DNA of 64,000 nt, taken from NCBI GenBank assembly GCA_951406725.2, contig OX597828.1:28892001-28956000 (forward strand), written 5' to 3'. Within the stretch, counting starts at the first letter, position 1. Each line of letters opens with the position of its first letter. The notes below the pieces were generated by a model. The model had not been told where the DNA came from, made no database searches, and saw only the letters and a list, made by a program, of their open reading frames with translations. Positions 12,534 through 25,330 of the stretch are shown in pieces. The translations under genes and the position numbers were made by a program. The stretch comes from Octopus vulgaris (lineage: Eukaryota).

Positions 12534-12536
<3 letters not shown>
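11992..12536. mobile_element. Unclassified ~545-bp insert bounded by (ATT)n on both sides
   Basis: Complex sequence, richer in GC than its flanks, sharply bounded by (TTA)n tracts; no long ORF. Microsatellite-targeted retroposition is inferred. Confidence 0.5.
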
Positions 12537-12589
<53 letters not shown>

Positions 12590-12596
12590 GTTTGTT

Positions 12597-12746
12597 TTTA
12601 CGTTCCGAGTTCAAATACAGCTGAGATCGACTTTGCCTTTCATCCTTTTGGGGTTGATGAAATAAGTACCAGTTACACACTGGGGTCGATATAATCAACA
12701 TAACTCCTCTCCCAAAATTCCGGGCCTGGTGCTTATAGTAGAAGTG

Positions 12747-12750
<4 letters not shown>
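12597..12750 (+). mobile_element. SINE family B 3' part (tail 2)
   Basis: Core + CTCTCCCAAAATTCCGGGCCTGGTGCTTATAGTAGAA. Confidence 0.8.
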
Positions 12751-12817
<67 letters not shown>

Positions 12818-12828
12818 TGATGATGATG

Positions 12829-12890
<62 letters not shown>

Positions 12891-12919
12891 AATAATAAAT
12901 ACAATAATAATAATAATGG

Positions 12920-13131
12920 TTTTAAATTTTGGCACTAGGTTAGGAAGATTGGGGGGGGGGGGCGGAGTAGGTCGATTACATCGGCCCCAGTACGCAACTG
13001 GTACTTATTCTATCAATCCCGAAAAGATGAATGGCAGAATGGACCACAGTGGATTTTAAACTCAGATCGTAAAACCGGAAGAAATGTTGCTTAGCATTTT
13101 GTCCAGCTGCCGATTCTGCAACTCGCCACCT
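12920..13131 (-). mobile_element. SINE family B, diverged
   Basis: Minus-strand head GGTGGCGAGTTGCAGAATCGG and core; tail-to-tail with 12597-12750 across (AAT)n. Confidence 0.75.
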
Positions 13132-13151
13132 TAATAATAATGATGATGATG

Positions 13152-13220
<69 letters not shown>

Positions 13221-13489
13221 GTATTCGTAAGGAAAAATTTTGAGATTTTAGGGCTGTTCTGCCTGAGAGAAGACATTTTGTTTGTTTAAGAATGAAGAAA
13301 AATATTTTCTTCGCGAATTAATTGTCTTTTTTTTTAACCAAACGGGAAGAAATGATGCAAACAATTAATTAATTACCTTTCTATGTAGAAATTCTGCATT
13401 AAATAAAACTATTTTCCACTTAATTTCAATCGATAAATCCAAGAATTTGGAGAACGAGACGTAACACGTCTGACTTACACAAACACAGT

Positions 13490-13567
<78 letters not shown>

Positions 13568-14123
13568 TATGATAATGAGAAACGGATTATGTCTGTTTAT
13601 GGTTTTCAACATTATTGGCATTTCATTATCTTTCCGAGTCTATACCGATAATATTTTGAATATTTAGATGAAAGTCAGTTTAAAAAGAAAGTGAGAGGAA
13701 AAGAAGAAAAAGAGAGAAAGAAATTAGAGAAAGAAGTGAAAAAAAAAGATTATTTAAAAGATGAAAAGAAGTGAAAAGAAAAGAACTGTAGTTGAGATAA
13801 TATTAAATAAAGTGTTGTAAAAAAAAAAAGAAGAAAAACATCGTAGGAAGGATATTGTTATAAAAAAGTAAAAAAAAGGAAAGAATAGATAAAGCATATA
13901 ACAACACTTGATTAAGTTGATTGAAAAACAGGAATGGAAGATGGAAAAAGAAGAATGAGGTAAATATAAAGAAATGCAATCAGGTTTGAATAAACCTACA
14001 CAGGAAATCAGAGAGAACAAGAAATGAATTGAATCTGTGTCTAAAGCTTAAAATTAATTACTGAAAAGTGAATGATTTATTAATTAATTAATTTACTTAC
14101 GGTGTTATATATATATATGTATG

Positions 14124-14171
<48 letters not shown>

Positions 14172-14278
14172 TGCGTGTGTGTGTGTCTGTGTGTATGTAA
14201 ATATACGTCATCGCAAATACACTAATATATGTACAATGCATGTTTATACATTAACGCTCACCAACACTAACTCATGCA

Positions 14279-14325
<47 letters not shown>

Positions 14326-14483
14326 TATGTATGTGTGTGTACATACATAAGCATATACATAAACATAAATACATATACACACACATGCTTCGCACTCGGT
14401 AATGATACACATACGTACTCCACAGAGTACATCATAGCTGGTCATAACGAAGTATTTTCTCGAAAAGTACTCAAAAAATATTC

Positions 14484-14620
14484 TTTTCTACTCTAGACAG
14501 AAGACCCGAAATTTTTTGAGGAGGGGGCTAGTCGATTAGATCGACCTCAGTAGTGGTAGTTAATTTATCGACCCCGAAAGAATGAAAGGCAAAGTCAACA
14601 TCCGCAGAATTTGAAGTCAA
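14484..14620 (-). mobile_element. SINE family B 3' fragment
   Basis: ATTTATCGACCCCGAAAGAATGAAAGGCAAAGTCAAC core. Confidence 0.75.
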
Positions 14621-14752
14621 AAAATATTAATGCCAATTATGAACTAACTGCGGCTATAGTATAAGTCTCAACAGTAAAAGAAGAAAAGAACAAAACGAAA
14701 ATTGTCGTATTTACAGATTTCTCAATATTTCGTTATGAATGTCTAATCATTT

Positions 14753-14920
14753 AGGAGCAAATATGACTGTGTGTTTAAGAAGCTCACTTCTCAACCTCGT
14801 GATTTTGGGTTCAGTCTCACTGCGCGGTAACTTAGGCAAGTATCTTCTACTATCGCTCAAAGCCAACCAAAGCCTTGGAAGAGGATTTGGTAGATGGAAA
14901 CTGAAAGAAGCACGTCATAT
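14753..14920 (+). mobile_element. SINE family A 5' half, diverged
   Basis: GGGTTCAGTCTCACTGCG..AGGCAAGTATCTTCTACTAT..GGATTTGGTAGATGGAAACTGAAAGAAG. Confidence 0.75.
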
Positions 14921-14969
14921 ACATACTTGCATATATACATCGTTACATACACATACATTCATATATATA

Positions 14970-15212
14970 CAGCGGGGTGCAAAAATAGGTACAACCATTT
15001 CAATGTTATGATACTAAATTCATTAAAATTATCGGCACATTAAATTGGTTAGCCTCATTTTTCATATATTTTGTGTCATTAATCATAATAATATATTTAT
15101 CATAACTATAATAATATTTTTATCGTAAATTTTAATTTTTTTGATAAAAATAAATGAGAATGGTACGTGTTTTCTTTTTTCATAATTGTATGCCTACTTT
15201 TGCACCGCCCTG
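14970..15212. mobile_element. Tc1/mariner-type MITE
   Basis: TA|CAGCGGGGTGCAAAAATAGGTACA ... TGTATGCCTACTTTTGCACCGCCCTG|TA imperfect TIRs. Confidence 0.75.
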
Positions 15213-15216
15213 TATA

Positions 15217-15252
<36 letters not shown>

Positions 15253-15258
15253 TGTATG

Positions 15259-15297
<39 letters not shown>

Positions 15298-15309
15298 TAT
15301 ATTATATTA

Positions 15310-16352
15310 TATTTTCTGAAAAGATTGGAAAGTTTTGTGAAGATTTTGATCAAAGTTTTGGAAAAGGTTTTTGAAAATTTTCTTCAATATTTTTGAAAAT
15401 TTTGATCAAAATTTTGGAAAGTTTTTTGAAAATTTAAATCAAACTTTTTGAAAACTTTTTTAAAAATTTTCATTAAAGTTTTGGAATGTTTTTTGAAAAT
15501 TTCGATCAAAATTTTGGAAAGAAATTTTTTTGAAAATTTTCATGAAAAATGCTGAAAATTTTTCTGAAAATTTTGATCAAGATTTTGGAAAGTTTTTTGA
15601 AAATTTTCATCAAAATTTTTGAAAAATTTTTTTAATATTTTCATTAAAATTTCTGAAAATTTTTCTGAAAATTTTCATCAAAATTTTGGAAAGATTTTTG
15701 AACATTCTCATCAAAATTATTGAAAAGTCTTTTGAAAATTTTGATCAAGATTTTGGAAAGTTTTTTGAAAATTTTCATCAAAATTTTTGAAAAATTTTTT
15801 TAATATTTTCATTAAAATTTCTGAAAATTTTTCTGAAAATTTTCATCAAAATTTTGGAAAGATTTTTGAACATTCTCATCAAAATTATTGAAAAGTCTTT
15901 TGAAAATTTTGATCAAATTTTTGAAAAGTTTTTTTGAAAATTTCATCAAATTTTTCTGAAAATTTCATCAAATTTTTCTGAAAATTTCATCAAATTTTTC
16001 TGAAAATTTTCATGAAAATATTGGAAAGCTTTTTGAAAATTTTTATGAAAATTTTCATTAAAACTGCTGAAAATTTTTCTGAAATATTTGGAAAGTCTTT
16101 TGAAAATTTTTCTGAAATGTTTGAAAAGTCTTTTGAAAATTTTCATCAAAATTTTGGAATGTTTTTTGAAAATTTAGATCAAAATTTTGGAAAGCTTTTT
16201 GAAAATTTTCATCAAAATTTTTGAAAAATTCTTTTAATATTTTCATTAAAATTTCTGAAAATTTTTCTGAAAATTTTCATCAAAATTTTGGAATGTTTTT
16301 TGAACATTTTCATCAAAATTTTTGAAAAGTTTCAAAAATTTTTCTGAAAATT
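15310..16352. repeat. AT-rich minisatellite, ~21-33 bp units (TTTTGAAAATTTTCATCAAAATTTTGGAAAG) with a 168-bp higher-order duplication
   Basis: GAAAATTTT/CATCAAAA motifs recur throughout; GATCAAGATTTTGG at 15575 and 15743 starts two near-identical 168-bp blocks. Confidence 0.9.
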
Positions 16353-16445
16353 ATGCAATTAACGATAAATGATGTTTACATGCGTTGGACAACTTACTTC
16401 TAATGGTGGGCCCACTTTCTCATCTTTGTGAGAAATCACTGTAAA

Positions 16446-16758
16446 GTCACGTGGCTTCGTGGTAATGGTATTCGGCTTCCAGTCGCAAGGTCGTGAATTC
16501 GATTCCTGCAGGCACTTTGTGTCCTTGAGCAAGACCCTTTATTTCACGTTGCTCCTGTACATTGAGCTGGCAAAAACGAGTTGTACCTGTGACTCAAAGG
16601 GCCAGCCATGTCCCATTCCATGTCACGCTGAATCTCCGTTAAAGTTACGCGTGTTTGTGGGGTGCTCATCCATTTCTTTGCTCGTTAATTTCATGAGTAG
16701 GCTGTTCCGTTGATCGGATCAACTGGAACCCTCACCGCCGCAACCGACGGAATGCCAA
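16446..16758 (+). mobile_element. SINE family C, diverged
   Basis: tRNA-like head (TGGCTTCGTGGT..GAATTCGATTCC), GTCCTTGAGCAAGAC core, 3' end AGGCTGTTCCGTTGATCGGATCAACTGGAACCCTC shared with 51498-51892. Confidence 0.8.
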
Positions 16759-17139
16759 TTTTATATGTCTTGTTTGCTGAGGCTACATATTAAAACGGTT
16801 TTCACACGAGGACTCCACTATTATCAAGATCCAGTACAGCTGTGAATAATGACTGACGAGCGGTCCACCAAAATCTTCTTTTTTATCGGTGATTGCAATC
16901 CACAATGTCCTTCTTATTAAAGAGGTTAGACTTTGGTTGAAGGGATATTTGCTTTGTAATTTCTGACCGCAGGAAATTCCCCTGTTTGCTGGTAGGGGTG
17001 GGCGGCGGTACCAGTAATGCTAGTGGTTTTGTTGATATTGTTGGGGTTGTTGTCAATGGTTGGTGTTGGCGTTGGCGTTGGTTGGGAAAGATGTGTATAT
17101 ACATGCATACATACATACATGCATACATACTTACATACT

Positions 17140-17180
<41 letters not shown>

Positions 17181-17185
<5 letters not shown>

Positions 17186-17590
17186 GGGGTGGCTGTGTGG
17201 TAAGAAGCTTGCTTCCCAACTACATTGTTCCGGGTTCAGTCCCACTGTGTGGCACCTCGGGCAAGTGTCTTCTACTATAGCTTCGGGCCGACCAAAGCCT
17301 TGCGAGTAGATTTGGTAGACAGAAACGGAAAGAAGCCCGTCGTATAGAGATGTATATGATTATGTGTGTGTGTATTTGTGCTTGTGTTTGTCCCACCTCC
17401 CACCATCGCTTGACAATCGATGTTGGCGTGTTTACTTCCCCGTAACTTAGCGGTTCGGCAAAAGAGATCGATAAAATAAGTAGTAGGCTTATAAAAAATA
17501 AGTCTTGGGTTCGATTTCTTCGACTAAAAGGCGGTGCTCCAGCATAGCCGCAGTCGCAGTCAAATGCATGAAAGAAGTAAAAGGATAAAA

Positions 17591-17592
<2 letters not shown>
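17181..17592 (+). mobile_element. SINE family A, full length
   Basis: Head-to-tail similarity to the other copies; inserted within (TA)n. Confidence 0.88.
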
Positions 17593-17639
<47 letters not shown>

Positions 17640-18529
17640 ACTCTATACACATACGAGGTACTAAGGGTTTATTGCAGTGGAAAAATGTGTCTAGATAGGT
17701 TTTTGCAATCCTCAGGCACAAGATCACGTGTGTGAGTGTGTGTGTGTGTATGTGTGTGTGTGTGTGTGTGTGCATGTCGGGCTTCCACATAGATTCCGTT
17801 CACCAAATTCACTAACAAGATATTGGCCGGCTTGTCCAAGGTGCCACGCAGTGGGACTGAACCACGTTGTTGCCAAGCGCATTGCCTAATCACACGCCAT
17901 GTCTGTTCCTATATATATATTTTCTTTCACGAAAACTTTGGCCATGTGCCTATTCAGAAATTAATCTTTATAATAATTTATTTATTTTCTTATTTGGTGT
18001 TCTCGAATTTTGCGTCAGTAAAATTCTTTAGTTTAATCTGTCGGTGTTCTGTTGAAATCTCTTGTCTTGTCTGAATATTTGCGGCAATGTTTTGTCAAGA
18101 CGTCTGTCCGTCCGACGACAGGGTTGCGGTATTTCTCGATATGTTTGAAGGCAGTTTGTAAGAAATGGGTGCATGGAGGGGTGGGTTGAGCAGAGGAGAG
18201 AACAGCAGACTGACAGGGGGAAAGCTGTAACAGATTCACGTGATACGCTTGAGTGTGCACACTTATAAATAGAGAGAAAGGAAGACAACGACGTTTGTGA
18301 AAGAAAATGAAGTGCGAAGAAAGAGTAGAAGGTAGAAGCATGGAAAAGAGAGTGGGGAGGGAGAGGGCACATAGATGTGTGTGCGCATGAGCAGAAACAG
18401 ATGTAAGGAGACGTGGTGTGGGGATATAGAGAGAGTGGGTGAACAAAAGAAGGATGCAGTGTGAGAAGACGAAGTAGGAGAGAGACAAATGGAGAGTGAG
18501 GAATATACGCACATACACACAAATATACT

Positions 18530-18580
18530 GAGAGCGAGAGAGAGAGAGAGAAAGAGAGAGAAAGAGAAAGAGAGAGCGAG

Positions 18581-18628
<48 letters not shown>

Positions 18629-18700
18629 AGAGAGTGAGAAAGAAAGAGAGAGAGAAAGAAAGAGAGAGAAAGAGAGAGAGAGTGAAAGAGAGAGAGAGAA

Positions 18701-18731
<31 letters not shown>

Positions 18732-18743
18732 AAGAGAGAGAGA

Positions 18744-18788
<45 letters not shown>

Positions 18789-19080
18789 AAGAGAGAGAGA
18801 GATGAGTATTTTTGTGGGGGAGATAAACAGGTGGAGAAAGAAAAACAAAGAAGTAAGATAAAGAAATACTAAGAGGAAAAGATAAAAAAAAGCCTCAATG
18901 AGGAAAGATATAATTGAAAGAAAGCGGGAAGTGAGATAAGAGCAGACGACATAAAGAAGAGAAAGAAAGAAAGAAGGAAAGAGATCTGGAGGAAGAGTAT
19001 AATTGAATGAAGAGAGATAGAGAGACAGAGATTTAGAAAGATAGATAGATAGATAGATAGATTGAGGGAGGAAGGAAAGA
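18530..19080. repeat. (GA)n/(GAAA)n/(GATA)n purine tract
   Basis: Seen directly. Confidence 0.9.
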
Positions 19081-19474
19081 GAAATTAACCAAATCTAGTT
19101 ACGTATGAGAAAGTTTATTTAATCCATAAGCGAAACAAAGTGAGATGAAATATGCGGTGAAAGAAAATTAGTTCATGAACAGAAATATATTTTTCTTTAA
19201 TTTCCCCACCCCCATTCTCTCGGGATGTTCGGAATCCAGCTCTGCTAGACTTTCAGGAACTTACCATAACTTACCAAAAAAAAATTGATGATGCAATCGC
19301 TGCGTAAACTTATATGAATGTAAATTACAGACGCCATTCGCATGAAAAATAACATAGTGAAGGGAACATTGAAAAGCTGTTTAAAAATGAAATATTTGGT
19401 TTAAGATTAACATAACCAGCGAAAAATATAACGGTATGATTACGTACATTAATTAGTCTCTAAAACAAATATCG

Positions 19475-19532
<58 letters not shown>

Positions 19533-19688
19533 CCCAGGTGTCGAAACGATAATGATATCTGTGGGGCAGCTGATGATGGAAATATGTTGGATTGTTGGTA
19601 TGCCTGTTTTTTGTATATGTGGAATAGTATTATAACACATCCTTTTGATATATATATACATACATACATGCTTTTGATATACATGCAT

Positions 19689-19721
<33 letters not shown>

Positions 19722-19737
19722 ATATATATATATGCAT

Positions 19738-19817
<80 letters not shown>

Positions 19818-19849
19818 TTTATTCAAAGCAGCAGAAAATTCAACAAAAC

Positions 19850-19887
19850 CTGTTACTCTGAGTTTCCCGTTGCCGTTCGTCAGACAG
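19850..19887 (-). ncRNA. Minimal type I hammerhead ribozyme (family H2)
   Basis: Minus strand: CUGU CUGACGA ACG-GCAA-CGG GAAA CUC-A-GAG UA ACAG. Helix I CUGU/ACAG, palindromic helix III ACUC/GAGU, GUA cleavage triplet; followed by AATAAA and (TA)n. Confidence 0.7.
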
Positions 19888-20329
19888 ACGAAAGTAACAA
19901 TTAGGGAAAATCTTAATTATTCTTAGACAACGTTTTAGGAACTGTCTGCCGAGGTTAGAATTTCGTTCTCAATCAATATGGTGCTTGTTTTACGGCCATT
20001 CCACGTTGAAAATCAGTTCTTGTTCGATCACTGGAAGTTAAGCAACGTCAAACCTGGTTAATAAATGTTTATCTCTATTTCATTTGTCGCTGAACCGGAA
20101 TAACACGCCACGCTTAGTTGTGAACAATGACTTGTATCACGGATTTAGCTGTGGTAACATAGGTGGGTGATCAGCCAAATATTCTGCTTGTACACAACAA
20201 CACGCCCTGGTGACCACCCACAATTCTCAGCTACCCAGAATGCACTGACCGTTGCTTGTGCTTACATGACCTGCTGCAAGCAGCGTACTTTTTTTAACGG
20301 TTTTACAAACCCGTACGCATGAATATGGG

Positions 20330-20630
20330 ACTAATGAACAGAAAAAATATGAAAACAGCCGAATCCTAGCAAACGAAGCAAATGGGTGTATTCTCTACAA
20401 GAAAAGGTAGAAATGACCGAGGAAATACGTGACAGTGAAAGGTTCGCTGCTGTAGACCCTGAGTTTGGTGTCAATGAATCTACCATTCATTGCAATAAGA
20501 AGACGCTTGATGCTAACAAACGAAGCAGATGAGTTTTTCTTCACGAAGGTGATGTGTCTTCTCTACAGGAAAAGGTAGATATGATGAAGAAAATACATGA
20601 AGGGAGTTTGGTGTCAAGGAATCTAGATGT
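20330..20630 (+). pseudogene. pogo/Tigger transposase N-terminal HTH (CENP-B/psq) remnant, partly duplicated
   Basis: KRSKWVYSLQEKVEM...AAVDPEFGVNESTIH matches the Tigger-type LxEKV...GVNESTIR pattern; a second partial copy lies at ~20517-20627. Confidence 0.6.
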
Positions 20631-20727
20631 ACTTAAATAGGTGACTTCGTGGGAAACCTTGGTGCTGTGCATTATGTGATATTATTTACATTATTTGTCG
20701 GATATTTGTCCTCATTTCTTTGTTGTT

Positions 20728-20773
20728 AACACAACGTTTCGGCTGATATACCCTCCAGACTTCATCAGGTGTC
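20728..20773 (-). ncRNA. Minimal Penelope-type hammerhead ribozyme (family H1) in a ~130-bp pLTR-like repeat (20682-20812)
   Basis: Minus strand: GACAC CUGAUGA AGUCUG..CAGCC GAAAC GUU GUGUU; same repeat as 58335-58465 and 58720-58870. Confidence 0.75.
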
Positions 20774-20983
20774 TTGGGGGATATTTCGAATCCGGTTCCT
20801 CATTCCTAAGGTTTCCCAGTGTCCACGTGTCTGTGGAATGCTCGGCTAACTTACAAGTTAATTCAGGAGCAGTTAATTCAGTAGATCAAAGAAAGGAATC
20901 CCCATCGTGGGTCTATACGTCGGTTCTTTGGAACGTCTTCTTCCTTGCATTTGTCGTTCCTGCAAGTATTGAAGAGCTACGAC

Positions 20984-21199
20984 TTAACCGTTTAGTATTC
21001 GGATTACTCACTCAAATGCAATGCGCATCTATTGTTTTGAATTATTCATGGATTATCTCACAGTTTTGAGATTTCGATGGTGCGATTGTTTATTTTTAGA
21101 ACGGGAAGGTATGAAAAGCCGGATCCAAACCTGTTTGAACATAAAACAGGCAGAATATTTGGGTCAGGCATGGTCAGTTTAAATGCTAAAAAGTGTTAA
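20984..21199. mobile_element. Degenerate piggyBac-like MITE
   Basis: TTAA-CCGTTTAGTATT ... AATGCTAAAAAGTG-TTAA: TTAA at both ends with decayed inverted termini. Confidence 0.45.
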
Positions 21200-21866
21200 G
21201 CAGAACATCGACATCAGCAATCTTACCAGTGTGTGTGGGATGGGAATTGGGGACAGGATGCCGAACTTATGGACACTGTCCCTTTTTTCCAGATCAGCAA
21301 GTAATATAAAAAAGACACTTTAATTATTGCTGTTTAGCCCCAGATCTTGTGTATTCAGCCGGTTGATAGATCGATCACGTAGATCCTATAATCAGAAGGG
21401 TTCCAAGTTAAAAATTTTTAAATGGTTTGTTGCTGTTTACACCCTGGTCATTATCTCCAGTCGATCTATCGATCACTTAATTTTTATGAACAAGAGCGTT
21501 CCTGTTATGACCACCCATCTGATACTACATTATCCAATTCACTTCTACAATTACAGTCTATTTTTCAAAGGTGGTGCTACGTGATTTTCTAAGACAGTAC
21601 TGCATAATTTGGCTGTTATTTCTAGTAAATCGAGTGATCACGTATAGATTCCCGTTATTGAAGCTATGTCTGGGAATATATTTTGAAGATAAACATTTAA
21701 AGCTTGACTCCCGTCTCTTGGCTGTTTTCTTTGGCCATCTTCCCAAAATGACATTCGTTGCAAGTGATAACTGTCAGTTGATCGGAATTAAATCTATGAC
21801 AGCCAATCAAAACACGCAGCCTCATTGTCGGCATAGAGTTCAACGATACTGTTCACTGAACAATGG

Positions 21867-21897
<31 letters not shown>

Positions 21898-22756
21898 ATG
21901 ACAACGACGACGACGATGACGAAGACGGCGACGACGATGGTGGCGATGATGATAATGACGATGGTGGTGGTGGTGTTTAGCCTCGGGTCATCCTTGACAA
22001 GCAGACCTACCGACGAGGACGTTCCAGCGCTGACCACCCATTCGGCCCTTCCTCATGTATTGCATATTTAGAAATAGATCATCCTATATATATATCTTCC
22101 ACCCTCCTTTAAAGAAAAAAAATGAAAGAAAGCAGAACAATTTGACTGATATTCAGTTGTTATTTCTAGCAAGGTTAATGTAGGTGTCATGTACAGGCTT
22201 CCTCACGGACCCGTCGTCAGCGAATACATTTGCAGCATATATGAAGCTGGCTTTGTTTTATTTAAAAATATTTTTCATCATAAATATTTCCACCTACTTA
22301 ACTGTTAATTATCATGCAAATAGTGTCTCAGAATAATTTAATTGTGCTATAATGTTGCTGCTGTTGTTGTTGTTGTTGTTATTTTTAATATCTTCGCCAA
22401 TAAATATACATTAATGCCTGTTTACTTAACTATTCGCTGTCTAATAGATATAGGGTGTCTGCACGTGATAGAAAAGTTCCCATTAAATGGTTAAACACAA
22501 GGTGAAAGTGTATTTAATGTTTCGAAGCATTAAAAAACTAAAATAAGATCAGAGATACAGCGGAGGAAAGTGATATTAATTCTATGACTAATATTGTGTT
22601 TCCTTCACAAGCAAGGGAGATAATAACGGATTTGTTTCCGTTTGTTTTTTTCTTTTTTTCTTTCTGCTGGAGCTCTTCTGCCAAAGTCCAGACCCTCTGT
22701 AACTATGAGTCACCGAATCGTTAAGTAAACCTGCTGTAATGTAGTTTTTATTGTTG

Positions 22757-23290
22757 TATATACATACATACATACATACATACATACATACATACATACA
22801 TACATACATAAACACATACATACCTACACATACATACATACATACATACATACATACATACATACATACATGAATGCATATATACATACATGCACACATA
22901 CATACATACATACATGCATGCATATATACATGCATGCACACATACATACATACATACATACATACATGCATACATGCATGCATGCATGCATACATACATA
23001 CATACATACATACATACACACATACATGCATGCATACATACATAAATACACATGCACATACATACATGCACATACAAATACATTTACATACACACACACA
23101 TACATACATATATACATGCACATACACATACATACATGCACATATATATACATATACATACATACATACATACATACATACAGGCAGACAGACAGAGTAC
23201 ATATATACATACACATATGTGTGTTTTGTGTGTGTGTGTGTGTGTGTGTGTGAGTAGTGAGTGAGTGTATGTGTATGTGAATATACGCAT
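22757..23290. repeat. (TACA)n/(TG)n compound microsatellite
   Basis: Seen directly. Confidence 0.92.
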
Positions 23291-23651
23291 GTATGCGTTT
23301 GCGCGTCTTCCTTTATTCTGTTACCTGTTTCACTCATTAGATTGCGATCATGCTGGAGCAATATGGATCTTTTATTAAAATTCTTTCAGTTATTTGGGCT
23401 ACCGGGTTCCTGCGCGCGGATTCAATCGATTGATCCTATTATTCATTCATTTATTCATTCATTCATTATTAAGTCTGGTGTTTATTGTATCTGGCCTCCT
23501 TTGCCAAACCGCTAATCCATCCCGATGGCCTCACTAGCCTGAGCAGGGCAGTCTCAAAAATGAACTATTTCATTCTATTTCTAAGAAGTTTTTATTCTCT
23601 TCTTCGGAAACAGCGGATACTACCTTTCTTTTTTATGCAACTGTTATATAC

Positions 23652-23698
<47 letters not shown>

Positions 23699-23700
<2 letters not shown>

Positions 23701-23855
23701 AAATACAAAATGTGACAAGAACGCAAAACATCCGGACAACTAGGTGATACAAAAAGGGACAACAAAACATCCAGATAGACGAGACAAAAAACACAAGAAC
23801 GGGTCATTCAAAGCTTTCTATCCTCAGTCAAGAACCGGATCGTCCTCGCAATTTC
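23699..23855. repeat. Interspersed repeat family E, truncated copy
   Basis: ATACAAAATG.GACAAGAACGCAA.ACATCCGGACAA.TAGGTGATACAAAA shared with 57604-58170; both sit next to (TA)n. Confidence 0.75.
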
Positions 23856-23870
23856 ATATATATATATATA

Positions 23871-24305
23871 TATGCGGTGATATACATCTGGAAAATCCTG
23901 AAGGGTCTTGTCCCAAACTTTGGCATTCAAAGTTACGCCAACCGCAGAACGGGGCGCCACTGCATGGTGCCAAAGATTCCAACATCACCATCAAAATACA
24001 GGTCCAGATACTGCAACAGCTTGGGTTCCAGAGGAACACAGCTCTTTAACATCCTCCCTAAATGCCTGAGAGACTTACATGGTGTGGATGTGGGTTTCTT
24101 TAAAACTAAACTGGATCTCTTCTTGTCGGGAGTCCCAGATGAACCTACCTCACGACAGGAGACGCAGATGCGAGCAGCAGCATCGAACTCCTTGTTGATC
24201 AAGTGCCACGTATCAGAGGTGGATTCACATATTAGTGTAGCTCATTCAGCGGTGGTGCCCCAGCGTGGCCGCGGCCTTCGGGCTAAAACATTTTTAAGGA
24301 TTTAA

Positions 24306-24309
<4 letters not shown>
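23871..24309 (+). mobile_element. CR1-group LINE 3' end (ORF2 C-terminus + 3' UTR), 5'-truncated
   Basis: IYIWKILKGLVPN...QLFNILPKCLR...FKTKLDLFLSGVPDEP is a typical CR1/L2-group ORF2 C-terminus; short (TTTAAGGA) tail repeats. Confidence 0.82.
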
Positions 24310-24346
<37 letters not shown>

Positions 24347-24393
24347 AATATATACATACACACACGTGAACGCACACTCACACACATACACAT

Positions 24394-24486
<93 letters not shown>

Positions 24487-24488
<2 letters not shown>

Positions 24489-24645
24489 GCGGACTTCTTT
24501 CCGTTTCTGTCTACCAAATCCACTCACAAGGCTTTGACTGGCCCGGGACTATAGTAGAAGGTACTTGCCCAAGGTGTCAGACAGTGGATCTGAACCCGGA
24601 ACCATGTGGTTGGGAAGCAAAGACTCCTTGCCACACAGCCATGCT
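24487..24645 (-). mobile_element. SINE family A 5' half
   Basis: CTACCAAATCCACTCACAAGGCTTTG..CTTGCCCAAGG..GAACCCGGAACCATGTGG. Confidence 0.8.
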
Positions 24646-24949
24646 TATGCTTTTAATACTACTTTGGTGCCGTTGTTGAAATAGATGTCGGTTTTGTCCG
24701 GTATATTTGAATGACACTCACAGATACGGAAGTGCGATGAGTCGTCGTTGTGAGATAGCATTTTATTTAGAAGGTCTCCGAAAGATTTAGTCGGATCTTC
24801 TGACATTTTGGAGAAGATGGCCAAACGATGGACATGCATTATCTCAGGCACCACCTCACCCCTGTATCTCTCTCAGCCCCTTATCTCTCTCTTGTCCCTT
24901 GTCCTTCCTTATGTCTTTCTTGCTCTCGCTCTGCCTTTATCTCTTGCTC

Positions 24950-25330
24950 TGTTCTTCTTCTTCTTCTTCTTCTTCTTCTTCTTCTTCTTCTTCTTCTTCT
25001 TCTTCTTCTTCTTCTCCATCTTCTTCTTCTTCTTCTTCTTCTTCTTCTTCTTCTCCTTCGTCTTCTTCTTCTTCTTCTTCTTCTTCTTCTCCTTCGTCTT
25101 CTTCTTCTTCTTCTTCTTCTTCTTCTTCTTCTTCTTCTTCTCCTTCGTCTTCTTCTTCTTCTTCTTCTCCTCCTTCGTCTTCTTCTTCTTCTTCTTCTTC
25201 TTCTTATTCTCCTCCTCCTCCTTCTTCTTATTCTTATTCTCCTTCGTCTTCTTCTTCTTCTTCTTCTTCTCCTTCTCCTTCTCCTCCTCCTCCTCCTCCT
25301 TTTCCTCCTCCTTCTTCTTCTTCTCTCTCT
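24950..25330. repeat. (TTC)n/(TCC)n tract with periodic TCCTTCGTC interruptions, within a ~800-bp polypyrimidine region
   Basis: Seen directly. Confidence 0.92.
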
